Assembly: GCA_002025865.1 (NCBI GenBank) | Contig: MWOR01000207.1 | Span: 6,106-70,105 of the forward strand | Length of the DNA stretch: 64,000 nucleotides | Source: Prochlorococcus sp. HOT208_60m_813I02 | Lineage (GTDB): Bacteria; Cyanobacteriota; Cyanobacteriia; PCC-6307; Cyanobiaceae | Direction: 5' to 3' | In this document: positions 59,287 to 64,000 of the stretch, in pieces | Layout of the letters: the number at the start of each line of letters is the position of its first letter | Numbering within the stretch: the stretch's first letter is position 1 | Position numbers and translations under genes: made by a program | Notes under the pieces: model-generated | The model's database searches: none | Told to the model about the DNA's origin: nothing | Seen by the model: the letters and a program-made list of their open reading frames with translations, nothing else

Positions 59287-59484
59287 TTATTTCTTTGGAT
59301 CACTCCAAGTCTCTTTGTATAACCAGCTCAAAAAAGTAAGAGTAAGTATATTACCAAATGCATAAGTTATGCCTAATAATGGGTCATAAATATTGGCAAT
59401 AATCGTCGACATAATAAAGATTATTAACCCTGAAACAACCAAATCCTGAATAGGCAAATGGTTAAAATTTATTGAATTTATCAT
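59287..59484 (-). CDS. Small membrane protein
   Basis: ORF track; two TM segments. Confidence 0.6.
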   Translation of the reverse strand: MINSINFNHLPIQDLVVSGLIIFIMSTIIANIYDPLLGITYAFGNILTLTFLSWLYKETWSDPKK

Positions 59485-59565
59485 TTGATAATTTTTTTTA
59501 ATAGATTAAATTAATTATAAAACCAACAAGACCTTATTTATTTATAAGGTAATATCATCTAAGAT

Positions 59566-59796
59566 ATGAATAATTTTAGGATTGCTAAAATAATTATTGT
59601 TTTTTCATCATTATCGTATTTGAGTGTTTCTTTTTTAAGAAATTATAATTCTCCAGAAAATATAGAAAAAAGATGTATTCTTAAATTTGAAAAAGATTTT
59701 AAAAATAATTTGGAAACATCTCATGAAGAATGGAATCGAATTTTAGATTTAGCTGATAACAATTATTTAAAATGTATGGGAATACCTCAGTATTAA
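59566..59796 (+). CDS. Small exported/membrane-anchored protein with two Cys
   Basis: ORF track. Confidence 0.6.
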   Translation: MNNFRIAKIIIVFSSLSYLSVSFLRNYNSPENIEKRCILKFEKDFKNNLETSHEEWNRILDLADNNYLKCMGIPQY

Positions 59797-59798
59797 TT

Positions 59799-60014
59799 AT
59801 GGGAGAGGCAAAGAGAAGAAAAAATTTAGGTATTCTGCCTAGAGAAAAAACTGAAGATATAAAGTTGCCTCAACTTGATAAAAAAGCCATACAACAAAAA
59901 GTAAGGTCTACATTGTATAAATATCCAATTATCCCTTTTCTTTTTTATGGAGCTGCAATATTGATCCTAATCGGAGGTTTATTTTATGTTTTCAAATCCT
60001 TCAATATAGCTTAA
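59799..60014 (+). CDS. DUF2839-family protein
   Basis: MGEAKRRK N-terminus and C-terminal TM. Confidence 0.8.
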   Translation: MGEAKRRKNLGILPREKTEDIKLPQLDKKAIQQKVRSTLYKYPIIPFLFYGAAILILIGGLFYVFKSFNIA

Positions 60015-60140
60015 TTAAAAGGATTATTAATTTTGATATTTTAGATCTTTTGGCATAATCAATTAAAAAAACTTGAAGGATAATAAATTTAGTAATTTTT
60101 ATTGTGCAAAAATAATCAAAAAATAATTTATGAGAATTAT

Positions 60141-60174
60141 TTACAATTGACACCATCATATGGTGTTGTAATTT
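60141..60174 (+). promoter_or_regulatory. Promoter with perfect -35 overlapped by a palindromic operator
   Basis: TTGACA at 60147-60152; ACACCAT-CAT-ATGGTGT at 60150-60166, flanked by TTACA/TGTAA. Confidence 0.5.
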
Positions 60175-60195
60175 TAGATTAAATTAAAACTATTT

Positions 60196-60330
60196 ATGAA
60201 AAAAATAAATAAAAAATATGATGAAATAATGCGTCAAGCTGATAATGCAGTTGGAAGAAAAGAAGTAGTTAGTTTATTAAAAAAAGCTGCAATAATTATG
60301 TCTAAATCTGAGGAAAACTTAGCTGCTTAA
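60196..60330 (+). CDS. 44-aa basic helical peptide, paralog of 42002-42139, not in the ORF track
   Basis: MKKINKKYDEIMRQADNAVGRKEVVSLLKKAAIIMSKSEENLAA*. Confidence 0.72.
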   Translation: MKKINKKYDEIMRQADNAVGRKEVVSLLKKAAIIMSKSEENLAA

Positions 60331-60339
60331 ATTAAAAAA

Positions 60340-60417
60340 CTATTTTATTAGGATAAATAAAACACCATAAAGAACGATTGATGAGGATGCAGCCATAATG
60401 ATAAATGGTAGTATCAT
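60340..60417 (-). CDS. Possible 25-aa hydrophobic peptide
   Basis: MILPFIIMAASSSIVLYGVLFILIK*. Confidence 0.3.
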   Translation of the reverse strand: MILPFIIMAASSSIVLYGVLFILIK

Positions 60418-60697
60418 GCCTGAGTTTAACCATCTTAAAAGTCTAATTTTTTTTGTTAATTACTCTTGGCATCTTTTCTGAATCCCTTAATTGCAACCTA
60501 ACAAATAAACAAATAGTGTAAATGATTAATTAATCTTTTTAAATATCATTCTTTAGCTATTTTGGAATGAAATTTTCTAAAGAAAATTATTTTATTTGCA
60601 TCCGTATTTTTTATCTTAAGAGAAATTTTTAGGTAATTAATACCTTGTGTTCTTCAAATTTCTTATGCAAGATTTAGAAACATTATATTTCTAAATA

Positions 60698-60973
60698 ATG
60701 ATTAAAAATTTTAAAGAGGGTCCTGAATAATTTAAAGATTATGATTCAGAACTGTTACTTAAGATTCTTAATAAGACATCACTGGAGAATGAAAAAGGTC
60801 ATGATAAAGAACTATTTGTAGATGAAAATTGGAAAATTAATTCAAAAAATATGAGTAATATAATTCCTTCAGATCATTCAAATTTAAAAAGAATATTATC
60901 AGATATTTTTCCAAATAAAAAAATATTGATTCAGGATAATAATGATGGGTCGCAAACAATTTTCTTATCCTAA
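60698..60973 (+). pseudogene. Hypothetical gene with premature TAA at codon 11
   Basis: ATG at 60698, TAA at 60728-60730, frame then open for 80 codons ending IQDNNDGSQTIFLS*. Confidence 0.5.
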
Positions 60974-61086
60974 TTTAGGAAATATTAAAACCTTATTTCT
61001 ACTATCTATTAAATATTTATTTTTTTAAAAAAATTTAGTAAAAATTACTCTCGCGAAATTTTTTTAAAGATGTTATTGTTCGATAA

Positions 61087-61147
61087 CGTTCATCCAAGTT
61101 TATATCTCTGGACGCATGAAATGGGAATAGGGAACGGGATTCTCATT
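61087..61147 (+). ncRNA. Glutamine-II (Downstream-peptide) riboswitch
   Basis: P1 CGUUC/GAACG, P2 CCA..UGG, ACGCA linker, pseudoknot AAUGGGAA/UUCUCAUU; extended -10 TG-T-TATTGT at 61071-61079. Confidence 0.87.
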
Positions 61148-61161
61148 AACTGCAAAAGACC

Positions 61162-61332
61162 ATGAATAACCTCTTACAAATAAGAGAAAAAATCAAAAGA
61201 GCCAATAGGCTATATGAAGCCCAACTTTTGGCTACTAAAAGTGGAGAAGTTACTCCATATAGAAGATCCGTCTTTGAAGAAAGAATCAGGAAAACACAAA
61301 AAGAAATGAAATTGAAAGACTCAAAAAATTAA
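61162..61332 (+). CDS. 56-aa basic peptide downstream of the glutamine riboswitch (DUF4278/Gif-like context), not in the ORF track
   Basis: MNNLLQIREKIKRANRLYEAQLLATKSGEVTPYRRSVFEERIRKTQKEMKLKDSKN*. Confidence 0.75.
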   Translation: MNNLLQIREKIKRANRLYEAQLLATKSGEVTPYRRSVFEERIRKTQKEMKLKDSKN

Positions 61333-61357
61333 ATTCTGTTTTGAAACTGATCAATTA

Positions 61358-61384
61358 AGAGGGGGTTTTAACCCTCTCTTTTTT
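61358..61384 (+). terminator. Rho-independent terminator
   Basis: AGAGGGGGTT-loop-AACCCTCTCT followed by a T tract. Confidence 0.8.
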
Positions 61385-61524
61385 TATTTTTATAAAAAAA
61401 ACGTAATTATTCATTTATTTTTTCGATTATCGATTATTAAAAAGAAAATAATTTTGAAGCTTTTACTATTGATTTAAATTATATAAATGGCAAATTTAAT
61501 TCAGTAATTAAGAGGTAAATAAAC

Positions 61525-61815
61525 ATGTTTAAAAAGAAAAATAAACAAATTAAAACCGCACACAATAAATCAAATTTAGATCAAGTTTTATGGTTTATAG
61601 AAAATTATTTACCTCAAAAGAAAGATCGAGGTGTTCAAAAAAAATTGTATATGGATAATCTAGAAGTAGAGACTATTAAGATATTTTCTAAATTAGCATC
61701 TATAGGTTCTAAAAGATTATTACCAACTTCAAAAAATACGACAATCTCTTTTACCTTTGGTAATTGGGCCTTGCCTTACCTGAAATTGCTTAAGAAAATA
61801 GGAATAGCTAAGTAA
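61525..61815 (+). CDS. Hypothetical protein
   Basis: ORF track with AGAGG RBS. Confidence 0.6.
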   Translation: MFKKKNKQIKTAHNKSNLDQVLWFIENYLPQKKDRGVQKKLYMDNLEVETIKIFSKLASIGSKRLLPTSKNTTISFTFGNWALPYLKLLKKIGIAK

Positions 61816-61967
61816 GAAAATTGTGATCGGCTAGAACAGATTTATCCCGCTAAAAAATAAATAAAGATTAAAAAGTCAAAGAAAGTTCTTTTTGAAATTT
61901 AAGGAGGAATACTTACTTTACATAAAAAATACAATTGCTAAGTTTAAGATAAGAGATCTATTCATCA

Positions 61968-62114
61968 ATGTTTCTAAATTATCTGCCTAGTGAAATGGTT
62001 GAAGTTGTTGGTTTGACAATGATTTTTTCATTTCTAGTTGGAACTATCTTAATTTTGTTATTTACATCAGATCAGGCAAATACAAAGAATCTATATTTAA
62101 AGAAGGCTAAATAA
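61968..62114 (+). CDS. 48-aa single-TM microprotein
   Basis: MFLNYLPSEMVEVVGLTMIFSFLVGTILILLFTSDQANTKNLYLKKAK*. Confidence 0.45.
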   Translation: MFLNYLPSEMVEVVGLTMIFSFLVGTILILLFTSDQANTKNLYLKKAK

Positions 62115-62220
62115 ATTTTAAATAATTTGTTTATCTACAAAAGACCTCTGTTTTTAATAAAGTTAACTCGCAGGTGTAGAACATAATTTTTAATATTGAT
62201 ACATAAACAAATTTAAGATT

Positions 62221-62418
62221 ATGGGCGAAGCTAAAAGAAGAGAAGAACTAGGATTGCCACCCAGACAAAAAAATGAATTAAATAAATCTGATAGATACCT
62301 TGCATGGCTTCCAATTACTAAATCAAGAATTAAAAAATACCCTTACATGGGTGTAGCAACAATGGCATTAGGAGCGATAATTTTCTTAGTAAGTGGGGGT
62401 GCAAATAGTATTAATTAG
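62221..62418 (+). CDS. DUF2839-family protein (second paralog)
   Basis: MGEAKRREELGLPPR, W.PITK. Confidence 0.8.
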   Translation: MGEAKRREELGLPPRQKNELNKSDRYLAWLPITKSRIKKYPYMGVATMALGAIIFLVSGGANSIN

Positions 62419-62435
62419 TTAGATTTTGGCTTGAT

Positions 62436-62708
62436 TTAGAATATATTTAAGATTTTTTTTTGTAATAGTTTAACGCCAGATATTATTGAGATTATTGAAG
62501 CTATACCAAGAAATATCGAGTAAAAAGGTTGCAAATTAATAATGCCAAAATTACCCGTATGCCATTTTATTAACCAAAAAGCATCTACTCCTAATGGTTG
62601 AAGAATACTATAAATAGTCCCAGATACAATAGTAATTAGTAAGGGGATTGCTGAAATTGCGGTTATTTTTCTGTGAATTTTTCTTTGATTTGTTTTTAAT
62701 TTTTCCAT
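62436..62708 (-). CDS. PepSY-associated TM helix protein
   Basis: RKIHR...PLLIT.VSG..Y, WLIKWHTG. Confidence 0.75.
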   Translation of the reverse strand: MEKLKTNQRKIHRKITAISAIPLLITIVSGTIYSILQPLGVDAFWLIKWHTGNFGIINLQPFYSIFLGIASIISIISGVKLLQKKILNIF

Positions 62709-62930
62709 CTATTTCCTCAAATAGATATGTAATTCTTTTTCGTTTTTGCATGGCATCCATTTATCTTGATTCTTATGTATTCCTTCGCAACCTAGTTCTA
62801 AAGCCCTTTTTTCAGCTTCCTCCTCAGAAAGAAATGTACCCCTCATATGTGCAAGAGAATAATTATTGAAATTTAGAGATAAGAAAAATAAAAAAATAAA
62901 AAATTTAAAATTTCTAAGAATAATACGCAT
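62709..62930 (-). CDS. DUF3721-family secreted protein
   Basis: EAEKRA.ELGCEGIH....WMPC. Confidence 0.75.
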   Translation of the reverse strand: MRIILRNFKFFIFLFFLSLNFNNYSLAHMRGTFLSEEEAEKRALELGCEGIHKNQDKWMPCKNEKELHIYLRK

Positions 62931-62932
62931 TT

Positions 62933-63163
62933 TTAACTTTTGAGGATAGAGTCACAAATACTAGATGGATTTGCTTGTTTAACTATTTTTAGTCGTTTGA
63001 TAAGTTCGTCTCGATCTATTTGATGTTTTAAATATTTAATACATAAATTTTTTTCCTGATATACCACTGCTATTGGTGCAATCTTTAAAGCAATAGCAAA
63101 AGTACCAATAACTAAAAGAATGTTTGTAGCTAGTCGAGTATTTGGTCTAAAATTTGATCTCAT
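62933..63163 (-). CDS. Hypothetical protein with TM segment and two Cys
   Basis: ORF track; part of a tightly packed minus-strand operon. Confidence 0.65.
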   Translation of the reverse strand: MRSNFRPNTRLATNILLVIGTFAIALKIAPIAVVYQEKNLCIKYLKHQIDRDELIKRLKIVKQANPSSICDSILKS

Positions 63164-63276
63164 TCGTATTCTTTATTTCTGTCAATAACTTCTCTTAAAT
63201 ATATATCCTTTAGCTCGTCATTGTGTCCATTTTATTTTGCAAATTTCTCTAATTCCTTTAACTCTTTTTCTGTCAT
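63160..63276 (-). pseudogene. 38-codon microprotein gene with premature TAA
   Basis: MTEKELKELEKFAK*NGHNDELKDIYLREVIDRNKEYE*; coupled at both ends (TAATG and ATGA overlaps). Confidence 0.55.
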
Positions 63277-63419
63277 TAAGCAGATTTGGGTATATTGTTT
63301 TTCATATCCTCAATTTGGTTGATTAATTCATCCAACCATTCTGTATTATTTTCGGATCTTTTTTTTAAATATGTAATTTTAGGTTGATTTATTTCTAGTG
63401 TCTCATAATCTCCACTCAT
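63276..63419 (-). CDS. 47-aa hypothetical protein
   Basis: MSGDYETLEINQPKITYLKKRSENNTEWLDELINQIEDMKNNIPKSA*. Confidence 0.55.
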   Translation of the reverse strand: MSGDYETLEINQPKITYLKKRSENNTEWLDELINQIEDMKNNIPKSA

Positions 63420-63563
63420 AATTTGCCCTTAAATTATACTCTGCATAATTTATCTAGAGAGATTATGCACATCAATAGGTTCTATTACTTATTAGACATT
63501 TACCTTGAGTAACAAGTCGCTTTTTTAATAGTATAAATATTAAGGAATTTATCTCTAAAAAAT

Positions 63564-63668
63564 ATGGCAACTAATGAAGAACTAGAAAAAAGAATTGAGA
63601 GTTTGGAAAAAGAAGTACAACACATAAAAGCTGTTCTGCAATATCAAATGAGAAATAAGAAAAAATGA
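63564..63668 (+). CDS. 34-aa coiled-coil microprotein
   Basis: MATNEELEKRIESLEKEVQHIKAVLQYQMRNKKK*. Confidence 0.5.
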   Translation: MATNEELEKRIESLEKEVQHIKAVLQYQMRNKKK

Positions 63669-63849
63669 TTTATTCTTATTGTATAAAAATTTCTTTTGTT
63701 CAGATAAGCATTTTCTTTTGGTTGTTTTGGGTACCTAATGTCAAAGCTAAATATTAAAAATAAGTTCATAATTAATCACTTTTTAAAAAATAACTTTAGT
63801 CATTGATATTTAGAACATATTTGTTTTTATATATATAAAACTACTTGAT

Positions 63850-63966
63850 ATGATTAACTCAATAGTTATCACTTTGTTACTATTAGGCTCTTTAGTCGCT
63901 TACAAAAGACTCAAAAGAAAGAAACGGCAATTTCAAGCACCACCAACAAATCAGCTTCCTAGTTGA
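63850..63966 (+). CDS. 38-aa single-TM microprotein
   Basis: MINSIVITLLLLGSLVAYKRLKRKKRQFQAPPTNQLPS*. Confidence 0.4.
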   Translation: MINSIVITLLLLGSLVAYKRLKRKKRQFQAPPTNQLPS

Positions 63967-64000
63967 AGATTAAATTCCGTCTTCGTCTTCTCCGAAAGGA

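Larger units (their letters stand above)
35800..64000. other. Genomic island beginning immediately after ychF
   Basis: Abrupt switch from core genes to microproteins, hli, nitrate cluster, paralogs and pseudogenes; no integrase visible in the window. Confidence 0.8.

Noticed and set aside
1-64000. CRISPR arrays, IS elements, integrases, prophage or defence genes
   Set aside because: No repeat-spacer pattern, transposase, recombinase or phage structural ORF was recognised.

Overview
AT-rich (roughly 30% GC by eye) chromosomal window from a high-light Prochlorococcus, most likely clade HLII. The assignment is inferred from isiB next to pcbB, the Prochlorococcus-type psbD/psbC, and a nitrate cluster without focA. 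About 1-9.3 kb is an iron-response neighbourhood (isiB, pcbB, porin, PiuC-type hydroxylase, idiA/futA) around glyQ, ending at tRNA-Ser(CGA). A small tRNA-anchored islet follows, with a CP12-like microprotein, a rhomboid protease and a Yfr2-family sRNA. About 11-36 kb is core genome (cobQ, maf, psbDC, ycf4, ilvN, petM, infA, NTRC-type trxB, pntAB, dxr, cysS, polA, ychF). From about 35.9 kb to the end is a genomic island with an hli cluster, a complete nitrate-assimilation cluster (moaA, mobA, napA, narB, narM, moaC, moeA, moaE, moaD, moaB, HEAT-repeat gene, nirA), selO, many microproteins and several pseudogenes. The most interesting signal is a compact nitrogen-control module at the left edge of the nitrate cluster. 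It has (i) a glutamine-II (Downstream-peptide) riboswitch with an NtcA box in repressor position, upstream of an uncharacterised membrane protein, and (ii) an adjacent structured RNA with an NtcA box in activator position that encodes a 45-aa peptide. The 5' hairpin of that RNA carries CCCGUUCC, the exact complement of the GGAACGGG core shared by both glutamine riboswitches in the window, so it is a candidate anti-riboswitch sRNA. All calls come from reading the sequence by eye; no searches or folding programs were run.
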